NCBI GenBank assembly: GCA_030650275.1
Contig: JAUSEK010000005.1
Coordinates: 39,307 to 103,306 of the forward strand
Source of the DNA: Candidatus Omnitrophota bacterium
Lineage (GTDB): Bacteria > Omnitrophota > Gorgyraeia > Zapsychrales > Fredricksoniimonadaceae
Direction of reading: 5' to 3'
DNA length: 64,000 nt
Shown: one piece after another, positions 56,345-64,000 of the stretch
Layout: every line of letters begins with the position of its first letter
Numbering within the stretch: position 1 is the first letter of the stretch
Made by a program: the position numbers and the translations under genes
Notes under the pieces: generated by a model
The model's input: only the letters and a program-made list of their open reading frames with translations
Database searches by the model: none
Told to the model about the DNA's origin: nothing

Positions 56345-56841
56345 TGTGGTTTTTCATGCACACCTGTTATATCCTCTCCCTCCTGTCCTTGGGGATGATC
56401 CTGGTCGTGTTCGGCCAAAGTTTTGTCCCCTTTGCGGTCCTTAACGCCAGCCCCATGTCGTTTTTGGTCCTCACGAGCATCGTTTACCTGTTGACGGAAA
56501 CGCTCGTCATGTTTTTCTTCGTCGGCACGGGTGTGAGCGTCAAGGAATACATGCTGGAACACAAGATCTCGGGCAACTATCACCAGCGTTTGATCGCGCT
56601 TAAGCGCAAATTGTATCCCCCGCAATTGCTCAATATCCTCATCCTGATGACAGCGTTCATCTTTTACGGCGCCGTGGACACGGGCAAAATGCCGGTATGG
56701 GTTTATCAGGGGCTTTTGCTGGCCGGCATCATCCATTTTTGTTATGCCAAAAGGATACAGCATCAGTGTTTCAGGGAAAACACGGATGTGATCTTGAAGA
56801 TGGCCGGCATTAATAGGGGACAACATGTACTGGGCAGCTAA
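56344..56841 (+). CDS. Hypothetical membrane protein
   Basis: Four TMs, coupled to the ferredoxin stop. Confidence 0.75.
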   Translation: MWFFMHTCYILSLLSLGMILVVFGQSFVPFAVLNASPMSFLVLTSIVYLLTETLVMFFFVGTGVSVKEYMLEHKISGNYHQRLIALKRKLYPPQLLNILILMTAFIFYGAVDTGKMPVWVYQGLLLAGIIHFCYAKRIQHQCFRENTDVILKMAGINRGQHVLGS

Positions 56842-56986
56842 AATATTTCAGGCAGCTGGTTTGGCGATCATGATCCTGGGTTTTATCGGGCATTTCCCGA
56901 AAACAATGCCTCTGAACATCCTGTTGCTGTCTATTGTCTTTTTTGCCATTGGATGGGTCATCCAGGTGATCGTGTTGAAAAAATGA
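56825..56986 (+). CDS. Small 53-aa membrane protein (not in ORF track)
   Basis: MYWAAKIFQAAGLAIMILGF...VLKK; two TMs; ATGA overlap with the next ORF. Confidence 0.6.
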   Translation: MYWAAKIFQAAGLAIMILGFIGHFPKTMPLNILLLSIVFFAIGWVIQVIVLKK

Positions 56987-57126
56987 GGACGATCCTGAAA
57001 TTTGATACCGGAGCGGACGGTTTTAAGAAAATGATGATCGTCCTGGGTGTGGCGGCGCTTGTGGTCTTGGGCGTCGGGGTTTATTTTCTGAATATGGTCA
57101 TGAACGAAATGAGGCCGATATCATGA
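56983..57126 (+). CDS. Small 47-aa single-TM protein (not in ORF track)
   Basis: MRTILKFDTGADGFKKMMIVLGVAALVV...; ATGA overlaps on both sides. Confidence 0.55.
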   Translation: MRTILKFDTGADGFKKMMIVLGVAALVVLGVGVYFLNMVMNEMRPIS

Positions 57127-57431
57127 GATGGATGGAAAAACTAAAATCAAAATGGGATATCCAAAGCAATTGGGATTTCTGGATGATCATGCTCACTTTC
57201 TCGCTGGCCGGCACCTCCATCATGTCCATACGTAATGTCATTTTTCCTTTACTGGGCATTGAGGCCGGCACCCCTCTGTGGGTAAAGATCCTGGTCTATA
57301 TCCCCCTTTTTCCGCCGGTCTATCAGCTGGGACTGTTGTTCTTTGGGTTTATCCTGGGACAATTCCCGTTCTTCTGGGAAAAAGAAAAGAGATTGGCGAA
57401 ATTCTTAATGAAGCGTTTCAGGCGGGCTTGA
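57123..57431 (+). CDS. Small membrane protein (DUF6787-like)
   Basis: KLK.KW.I.S, F...G, YQ..L..G...GQF.FFW..EK. Confidence 0.7.
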   Translation: MRWMEKLKSKWDIQSNWDFWMIMLTFSLAGTSIMSIRNVIFPLLGIEAGTPLWVKILVYIPLFPPVYQLGLLFFGFILGQFPFFWEKEKRLAKFLMKRFRRA

Positions 57432-58431
57432 AAACGTAAAGCATCAAGTAGATCAAAACCCCGGTCACGGAAACGTACATCCATGTCGGGTAAAGCCATT
57501 TGGTGATGCGGGTATGTTTCTGGAATTCCCCCCGGTACGCGTGCCGCAGGGCCATGAGGATAAACGGCACGATCAGCACCGCTAATGGCGTATGTGTCCC
57601 TAAAATAAAGAAGTATATCGCCCGCCACATCCCGGACCCCTTGTAGTGTGTAATTCCCGCCGACGTCAGGTGATAATACAGATACGTGCATAAAAACAGG
57701 GCCGAGGACGCAAAAGCGCAAAGCATGAATTTTTTATGCGTGACCCGGTCTTTACGTTTGATGGCCAAAAATCCCAGCACCAGAAAGACCCCTGCCAGGC
57801 CGTTGAGCAACGCGTTGATCGTCGGTAAAAGCGGGACGCTCATCCCTTTTTTCTCCCTTAAAACAACGGCAATGTCCTTGAATAACCGCGCGAGTTTTTT
57901 CTTGTCCATCCCGTCATAATAGCCCCGGATACGCCCCTGTCTGTCCACCAGCGTGAAATAACTGCTGTGAAAGACCGGTTCATCCACCTTGCCCAACTTG
58001 AATGATTGCGCGGAGAGTTTTTGTATATCCGCCAATGGTCCTGTCAAAAAAAACCATCGGTCCGTGTTCGCCTTGAATTTCTTTGCGTAGGTCTTGAGGG
58101 TTTCAGGCGTGTCGGTGTCCGGATTGACCGAAATAGACACCAGGCGCACATCATCTACCAGGACATAGGAACGGTGCAGTTTGGCCATGTTGGCGCCCAT
58201 GACCGGACAGATTCCGCCGCAGGTGGTGAACATGAAGTCCGCCACCCACACCTTACCTTTGAGATCTTGCAGTGAAACGGTTTTCCCATCGCTATTGAGC
58301 AATCGGAAATCCGTCAACTGTCCGATCACAGGCAAAGGTTGGACTGGTTTAAGAAAATAAACCAAGGCCGCGCAAAAAAGGACCGCAAAGAACAGGATCT
58401 GTGAAAAGAAGAAACGTTTGGAAAACATCAT
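57418..58431 (-). CDS. SCO1/SenC copper chaperone fused to DUF420 membrane domain
   Basis: FTTCGGICP, VFHSS; then LPTINA.LN, H...M, HTPLA, W.YVSVTGV. Confidence 0.88.
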   Translation of the reverse strand: MMFSKRFFFSQILFFAVLFCAALVYFLKPVQPLPVIGQLTDFRLLNSDGKTVSLQDLKGKVWVADFMFTTCGGICPVMGANMAKLHRSYVLVDDVRLVSISVNPDTDTPETLKTYAKKFKANTDRWFFLTGPLADIQKLSAQSFKLGKVDEPVFHSSYFTLVDRQGRIRGYYDGMDKKKLARLFKDIAVVLREKKGMSVPLLPTINALLNGLAGVFLVLGFLAIKRKDRVTHKKFMLCAFASSALFLCTYLYYHLTSAGITHYKGSGMWRAIYFFILGTHTPLAVLIVPFILMALRHAYRGEFQKHTRITKWLYPTWMYVSVTGVLIYLMLYVFKPA

Positions 58432-59297
58432 AGAATGGAGAGATCTAATATGATCACAAAAAGCAATAACGGCAGATACAGGACGGAAGCTCCCAGCAAG
58501 CGGCGGGCATCCGGCATGGAGTGGGAGCAAAGCAGGCGCCAACCGGCATATAGAAAACCGGACCCGAGGACCACGGCGCCGGCCAGATAGAATTTTCCGG
58601 ACATGCCCATCAAAAACGGCAGAACGGAAACGGCCAAAAGCATGAGACAATAGAAAATAGCGTGGCGAAATGTTGAAATGCCATCGGGCTCAACCACCGG
58701 CAGCATTTTGAATCCCGCTTTTGTATAATCCTCTTTGCACAGCCAGGCAATGGCATAAAAATGCGGATGCTGCCAGGCAAAAAGAATAAGAAACAGCACC
58801 CATGCCCCGGGATCAAGATGACCGGTCGCGGCCGCCCACCCTCCCATCGGCGGAATGGCCCCGGGAATGGCCCCGATCGTCGTATTCAACCAACTGATCT
58901 TTTTCATGGGCGTATACACCAAAATATACAAGAATGCCGTTAGCAACGACAGGAATGCCGTCAATAAATTGACCCTCCAGCACAACAAAGAAACCCCCAT
59001 GAGGATCATCAGGATCCCGTAGGCCAGGGCATTGGCTGGGGTGATGGTCCCCCTGGGCAAAGGCCTGTTTTTTGTGCGCTTCATCAGGGCATCACTGTCG
59101 CGTTCCAGATAATGATTGAGCGCCCCGGCACCCGCGCAGGTCAAGGCCGCGCCCAAAAGCGTCAAAGCCAGAATTCCCCAATCCCGCACGCCTTTTCCAG
59201 CCAGATAATACCCCAATGCCGTTGTCACCAGCACGAGCATTAAAATGCTCGGCTTGGACAATTCAATGTAGGCGTTCCATTTTTCTTTATTGATCAT
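58428..59297 (-). CDS. ctaB: Heme o synthase (protoheme IX farnesyltransferase)
   Basis: ERDSD.LM.RT.NRPLP, GAIPGAIPP, WQHPHF. Confidence 0.95.
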   Translation of the reverse strand: MINKEKWNAYIELSKPSILMLVLVTTALGYYLAGKGVRDWGILALTLLGAALTCAGAGALNHYLERDSDALMKRTKNRPLPRGTITPANALAYGILMILMGVSLLCWRVNLLTAFLSLLTAFLYILVYTPMKKISWLNTTIGAIPGAIPPMGGWAAATGHLDPGAWVLFLILFAWQHPHFYAIAWLCKEDYTKAGFKMLPVVEPDGISTFRHAIFYCLMLLAVSVLPFLMGMSGKFYLAGAVVLGSGFLYAGWRLLCSHSMPDARRLLGASVLYLPLLLFVIILDLSIL

Positions 59298-60283
59298 CGG
59301 GCAGATAACATCCCTTTAAATTTTACCCAGGTCATGGGCGAAGCGCGCAGCACCAACAAAAGCGATAACCCCAGGACAACCGCTCCCATGGTGACGTGGG
59401 CCGTCGTCGTATATACTTCTTTCTCGAAAATGACCGTGGCGATCCCCAGCATGATCTGCGCAAACATCATCAGATTCAGCCAATACAGCGTTTTCATCAC
59501 CAGGGGCTTGGCCAAATGGTCGCGATAGGCCACATGATTGATAAAAAATAATTTTGCTAAAATTAAAAATGCCCAAACACGATGTAAAATATGTATATGC
59601 ACCTGGCCCATACGGACAGGCTCAAGGTTTTGTTCAAAACGCCAGGCATTGATCCTGTTGAGCATGTCTTGGTCAAAGGTGGGAATGAGCGACCCTCCCA
59701 TGGTCGGAAAATCCGGAACAGCCAGTCCTGATCCGGTATGGCGCATGACATTGGCGATCATCAGTTGAACATACACCATCCCGAAAAGGATGAACGTATA
59801 TTTCAGGAATTTTGTGTCCGTCCCTTCATCGTTCGCCTTTAAACGGTTTTTGCGCTCAACACAAAAAGCGTACGCGAGCAGGACCGTCATGCAAAAAAAT
59901 GTTTGGGCCAGCACCCCGTGGCCCGAGGAGAGCAATACCGGTAAAAAGAACAGGACAGCCAGCCCGCCCAAAACGCCCTGGGCTACGACGGTCAACAGCG
60001 CCGCTACCCCTAGTTTTTTGATCCAGCCCTCAACAGGCGTGCGGCACAGCCAGATCGTCAGGACCAGGACAAGCAGTCCGACGAAAAAGGCGATCATGCG
60101 GTGGCCGTGTTCATAAAACACCCCTCCGACCATGGGCGGGAATAATGTGCCGTACGACAAAGGCCAATCCGGCACAGCCAGGCCTGACTCGGTGCTTTTA
60201 ACAAGGCCGCCGGCAAAGATCAAAAAAAGCGTTGAACCGCAGACGAATTTTGTATAACGGCGTAGGGTTAAGAAATCAGGCAT
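59294..60283 (-). CDS. ctaA: Heme a synthase (COX15/CtaA)
   Basis: SGLAVPDWP, YEHGHR, HILHR, AHV. Confidence 0.88.
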   Translation of the reverse strand: MPDFLTLRRYTKFVCGSTLFLIFAGGLVKSTESGLAVPDWPLSYGTLFPPMVGGVFYEHGHRMIAFFVGLLVLVLTIWLCRTPVEGWIKKLGVAALLTVVAQGVLGGLAVLFFLPVLLSSGHGVLAQTFFCMTVLLAYAFCVERKNRLKANDEGTDTKFLKYTFILFGMVYVQLMIANVMRHTGSGLAVPDFPTMGGSLIPTFDQDMLNRINAWRFEQNLEPVRMGQVHIHILHRVWAFLILAKLFFINHVAYRDHLAKPLVMKTLYWLNLMMFAQIMLGIATVIFEKEVYTTTAHVTMGAVVLGLSLLLVLRASPMTWVKFKGMLSAR

Positions 60284-60288
60284 AGGGA

Positions 60289-61056
60289 TCAATTCCAAAA
60301 AGAGTCGCCGCCGGAATTTGAAGAACCTCCGGCAGTCGGTTGTTGGGCCAGCCATTGGTCATACTCCGCCTCGGAATGGACCGTATAGAATCCCTTCATA
60401 CGGTAATGGCCGATGCCGCACAATTGGGCGCAGGTGATCTCCCAGGCCCCGGTTTTGGTGGGTGTAAACCATGTCTTGATGCTCATGCCAGGGATCACAT
60501 CCTGTTTGACGCGCATTTCCGGCAGGGTAAAACAATGGATGACGTCCTTGGAGGACAAATGGATGATGAGCGGCCTGCCCACCGGCATGTGCAATTGGTT
60601 GATGGCCGTGATATCGTCCTGGGCGTTCGGGTCGCTCAAATCCAGGCCGATGGGATTGGTCTGCTGGTCCACCAATTTGGGATTTGTCCTGCCGAACACG
60701 CCGTCCTTGCCGGGATAATGAACGTTCCAAGCGAATTGCTCGGCAACGATCCTTACTTCAATGGCGTCGGGACGGTCAGGAAAAGCATTGACCTGTTTGG
60801 CCCAGAAGGGGATGGAGAACCCGACAAGGAAAATCACCTCGATGACGACCACGGCCAATTCCACATAACTGTTGGCCTGGCTTTTAAACCCCGCGTAATC
60901 GGCTTTTGGGTTGACCCGGCAGTTAAAGCGCAGCAGCACAAAAACAAAAAACAGCCCCCAACCGACGGACAGGACGATCATGAACGCGTGCATGTATATG
61001 ATGAGCGCGTCTATCTCATAACCGTGGGCGGAAGCGTTTACAGGAAGACCAAACAT
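60289..61056 (-). CDS. coxB: Cytochrome c oxidase subunit II
   Basis: DVIH...CAQLCGIGHYRM CuA site. Confidence 0.92.
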   Translation of the reverse strand: MFGLPVNASAHGYEIDALIIYMHAFMIVLSVGWGLFFVFVLLRFNCRVNPKADYAGFKSQANSYVELAVVVIEVIFLVGFSIPFWAKQVNAFPDRPDAIEVRIVAEQFAWNVHYPGKDGVFGRTNPKLVDQQTNPIGLDLSDPNAQDDITAINQLHMPVGRPLIIHLSSKDVIHCFTLPEMRVKQDVIPGMSIKTWFTPTKTGAWEITCAQLCGIGHYRMKGFYTVHSEAEYDQWLAQQPTAGGSSNSGGDSFWN

Positions 61057-61067
61057 ATTTGTTTTCC

Positions 61068-61283
61068 TTAATGATCAAGCATGGACCTGCGCCGCAGGGA
61101 CAGAAAAAAATAACCGAATCCTCCCAGGACGAACATCACGATCACCAGCAATGTCAGCATGCCAAAATTCAATCCCTTGGCCATCGGGGACGTTGGATCC
61201 CCGAAACAAACGGCGCAGGCGCGCACGGACGGGGCCCACACAGTGCACAACAGGATGGTTGACAAAAGCGCGAACGTGTTCAT
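61068..61283 (-). CDS. Small protein with CAVC motif and TM
   Basis: Signal-like N-terminus, ACAVCFG, TM; in the cox operon. Confidence 0.65.
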   Translation of the reverse strand: MNTFALLSTILLCTVWAPSVRACAVCFGDPTSPMAKGLNFGMLTLLVIVMFVLGGFGYFFLSLRRRSMLDH

Positions 61284-61465
61284 AAAGACTTGTATCGGCG
61301 ATAAAATTTAAGGCCATACCACCCCAGCAAAACGGCGCCGATGGCCGCCAAGATCCCCAAAAACTGCGTTTGGGGTTGTTGGGATACCATGGTCAACACG
61401 ACCAGCAAAAGACACAGCGCGAAACAAATACCAATGAAACACAGGTGGATGAATTTAATGCCCAT
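61280..61465 (-). CDS. Small two-TM protein
   Basis: MGIKFIH..FI; overlaps both neighbours. Confidence 0.6.
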   Translation of the reverse strand: MGIKFIHLCFIGICFALCLLLVVLTMVSQQPQTQFLGILAAIGAVLLGWYGLKFYRRYKSL

Positions 61466-61826
61466 GTCCCGCCTCCACCGGCACGCCGGTAGCCTGCTGC
61501 GCCATTAATTCATAGGAAAGGTCCCTTGTTCCCAGCAGATAATTATAATGGTTACCCGTGGTCAGGAACATCATGCTGAAAAAGAAAAATACGGTGAAGG
61601 CCAGAATACTGTATATCAATTGGCGTTCGGAAAGCAAATGCATAAAAAACCCGACCACCAGGAACCCTTTGACACAGGCGACCATGAGGGCCAGGGTCAC
61701 GGCCAGATGGGTCGGCAAATGCAGGCGGTTGATAGCGACCGTGATGCCCGTCAACAGCAGTAGAGCGCCGAAGACCAGCAGATAGGCGCGTATTTCCTTA
61801 TGAATGTCATGCGTATGTCCGAACAT
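61455..61826 (-). CDS. Cytochrome c oxidase subunit IV family
   Basis: VF.ALL.LT..TV, K..LV..FFMHL. Confidence 0.85.
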   Translation of the reverse strand: MFGHTHDIHKEIRAYLLVFGALLLLTGITVAINRLHLPTHLAVTLALMVACVKGFLVVGFFMHLLSERQLIYSILAFTVFFFFSMMFLTTGNHYNYLLGTRDLSYELMAQQATGVPVEAGHGH

Positions 61827-61841
61827 GTGTCTACTCTCCTA

Positions 61842-62435
61842 TTACAGTAAATACAGGACCGGGAACAGAAATATCCAGACCAGGTCCACAAAGTGCCAGT
61901 ACAGACCGGCCACCTCGATACGGTTAGTAAAGCGTTCGGGATCGGTCCGCCACATTTTTGACCCAGGACCTATCAGATAGGACATGACAACGATCCCCCC
62001 CGCCACGTGCAGGGCGTGCAGGCCGGTCAAGGTAAAATAAATACCCAAAAAATTGTTCGTGGCCGGAAAAAGCCCGTGCGCGAACTTTGCGGAATACTCG
62101 AAATATTTGACAATAAGAAAAATGAACGCGCACAGCATGGTCAGCCCCAGATAAAGCTTGCAACGCTGAAGGTTCTTCATACGCAATGATGCCCAGGCAA
62201 GAACGACCGTCACGCTGGAGGCAATAAGGACGACCGTGTTGAGCGTGGCCAGGGGGATGTTGAGCAGAGATGCCCCCTGCGGCCAGTTCGGCGACCCTAT
62301 GCGCAGCAGGACATAGGACGAGAACAAAGACCCGAACAGCATGACCTCAGCGCTCAAGAACAGCCATATGCCCAGTTTGGCGTTAAAAAGCCCCGTGTCA
62401 GGCCGTTCGTGGACTGTATAGGGAATGGCGTCCAT
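61842..62435 (-). CDS. coxC: Cytochrome c oxidase subunit III
   Basis: WLFL.AEVMLF, TGLH.LHV, YWHFVDLVW. Confidence 0.93.
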   Translation of the reverse strand: MDAIPYTVHERPDTGLFNAKLGIWLFLSAEVMLFGSLFSSYVLLRIGSPNWPQGASLLNIPLATLNTVVLIASSVTVVLAWASLRMKNLQRCKLYLGLTMLCAFIFLIVKYFEYSAKFAHGLFPATNNFLGIYFTLTGLHALHVAGGIVVMSYLIGPGSKMWRTDPERFTNRIEVAGLYWHFVDLVWIFLFPVLYLL

Positions 62436-62438
62436 GAG

Positions 62439-64000
62439 TTATTTCTCCTGTTTCTGGTATTGCGGGGTGAAGTCCTCGCCGGCACCCGGCACGCTGTATT
62501 CATAAGGCCCGCGGTAAGCGGCCACAGGTGTCAGAAAATTCCCGTGTCCCGGCGGCGACGGGCAGGCCCATTCAAGAGTGGTGGCTTTCCAGGGATTGTC
62601 GTCATGGATGCGTTTGCCCCTGAACATGCTCCAGATGACATTAAAAATGAACACCAGCTGGACCGCGCCCATGATAAAGGCCGCGATGGAGATAACGACA
62701 TTCCAGTGCAGGACCGGTTGATTGATGGCATAACTGGATCCCCCGTCATATAAACGCCGCGACATGCCGGCCAGGCCCTGGATCAGCATGGGGAAAAAAA
62801 TAAAATTCATACAAACAAAAGAAGGCCAAAAATGCAAATGACCCAGGACCTCATTCATTTTACGGCCCGTTATTTTTGGGAACCAGTAGTAGATGCCGGC
62901 AAACAACGCAAAAATTGTCCCCGGCGCTACCACGTAATGGAAATGGCCTATGACGTAATAGGTATCGTGCAGGTGGATGTCCGCGGCGGAAAGGCCCAAC
63001 GGCAGACCTGTAAGGCCGCCGATGCCGAACATCGGCAGAAACGCCAGGGCGAAGAGCATGGCGGTGTTAAACCGTATGGACGCACCCCACAGCGAGATGA
63101 ACAGTGCCGTCAAAATGACCACCGATGGGATGGAAATGATCATGGTGGTGGCCTGGAAGAACACGCTGATGGCTGGACCCATGTTGGTCAAGTACATGTG
63201 ATGGGCCCAGACGATGAACGACAAAAAGCCCAGCACGACGATCGAGTAGACCATGGTCTTATAGCCCCAGATGGGCTTGCGGATATTGTTGGCGATGATC
63301 TCGGTGACGATGCCCATGGCCGGCAGGATGAGCACGTACACTTCCGGATGGCCCAGGAACCAAAACAAATGCTGCCACAACAACACGCTGCCTCCTCCGG
63401 CCACGTTCATGGGCTGGCCGCTGACGAAGAGGCCTGATGGCAAAAAGAAACTGGTACCGGCCACCCTGTCAAGCAATTGCAGGATGCTGGCCCCTTCCAG
63501 CGGTGGGAACGCCAGCAACAGCAGGAAGCCCGTGACCAATTGCGCCCAGACAAAAAACGGCAGGCGCATCCATGTCATCCCCGGGGCGCGTAACTGAAAA
63601 ATAGTGGCGATAAAATTGATGGCAGCCAGTAAAGACGAGTTGATAAGAAAAACCATCCCGATCAGCCACACCGTCTGGCCTATGGGCGCGATGTCCGCCA
63701 GCGGTGGATACGACGTCCATCCGGAACTGGCCGCGCCTCCGGGGACAAAGAAACCGCAGAGCATCAATACCCCGCCGATGAAATACAGATCATAACTGAC
63801 CATGTTCAACTTCGGGAATGCCATGTCCGGTGCGCCTATCTGCAGGGGCACGAGGTAATTGCCGAACGCGGCGAAGACCAGCGGCACAATACCCAAAAAC
63901 ACCATAATGGTCCCGTGCATGGCGCCCAACTGATTGTAGAAATCGGGCGTCATGATGCCGCCGGGCATGAAATCCTCCCCGAACCACGTTCCAATGACGG
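62439..64000 (-). CDS. coxA: Cytochrome c oxidase subunit I (5'-partial), A1-type
   Basis: MHGT.M, GWT.YPPL, WFLGHPEVY, WAHH, HFH; frame is open to the window edge. Confidence 0.96.
   Translation of the reverse strand, partial: VIGTWFGEDFMPGGIMTPDFYNQLGAMHGTIMVFLGIVPLVFAAFGNYLVPLQIGAPDMAFPKLNMVSYDLYFIGGVLMLCGFFVPGGAASSGWTSYPPLADIAPIGQTVWLIGMVFLINSSLLAAINFIATIFQLRAPGMTWMRLPFFVWAQLVTGFLLLLAFPPLEGASILQLLDRVAGTSFFLPSGLFVSGQPMNVAGGGSVLLWQHLFWFLGHPEVYVLILPAMGIVTEIIANNIRKPIWGYKTMVYSIVVLGFLSFIVWAHHMYLTNMGPAISVFFQATTMIISIPSVVILTALFISLWGASIRFNTAMLFALAFLPMFGIGGLTGLPLGLSAADIHLHDTYYVIGHFHYVVAPGTIFALFAGIYYWFPKITGRKMNEVLGHLHFWPSFVCMNFIFFPMLIQGLAGMSRRLYDGGSSYAINQPVLHWNVVISIAAFIMGAVQLVFIFNVIWSMFRGKRIHDDNPWKATTLEWACPSPPGHGNFLTPVAAYRGPYEYSVPGAGEDFTPQYQKQEK

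Noticed and set aside
58432-58650. Long N-terminus of the SCO ORF
   Set aside because: Overlaps ctaB; ATGA-coupled start at 58431 is more plausible
60284-60355. Extended ctaA start
   Set aside because: Overlaps coxB; ATG 60283 fits better
1-64000. CRISPR array, rRNA, intact IS transposase, reverse transcriptase systems
   Set aside because: No regularly spaced repeats or corresponding protein motifs seen

Overview
Bacterial chromosomal window. Gene content, the short HemC and the repeat families suggest a PVC-group organism such as Ca. Omnitrophota, but this is inference and not verified. 1-10.9 kb: right-hand end of an AT-richer integrative conjugative element (VirB4/B5/B6/B8/B9/B10-like, VirD4, Xis, HTH-MNT/HEPN toxin-antitoxin pair, tyrosine integrase) that abuts and overlaps the 5' end of tRNA-Pro(GGG). 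11-33 kb, mostly + strand core genes: PilZ, hom-thrC-coaB-apgM-lysC-cimA, valS, a GEMM-I riboswitch with the A20 (cGAMP-type) signature ahead of a minor pilin operon, nadC, a xanthine-dehydrogenase-family molybdoenzyme with MocA/XdhC, and a cyclophilin. 33-37 kb: accessory patch with Fic, a low-GC orphan, TfoX, a NYN nuclease with a convergent putative small RNA, and a START protein. 37-64 kb, mostly - strand: N-terminally truncated Rho, hemL/hemB/hemC-cobA-hemD fusion, cNMP-ParA-patatin, acyl-CoA dehydrogenase, aroC, ilvD, leuDC, elbB, acnA, ferredoxin and an aa3-type cytochrome c oxidase cluster. Several palindromic repeat families occur, two of them inserted in-frame in valS and hemB. Many operon-first genes look leaderless. 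Best candidates for something new are the NYN plus small-RNA module, the cGAMP-type riboswitch on pilins, and the ICE attachment geometry. All calls come from motif recognition by eye; no searches were run.
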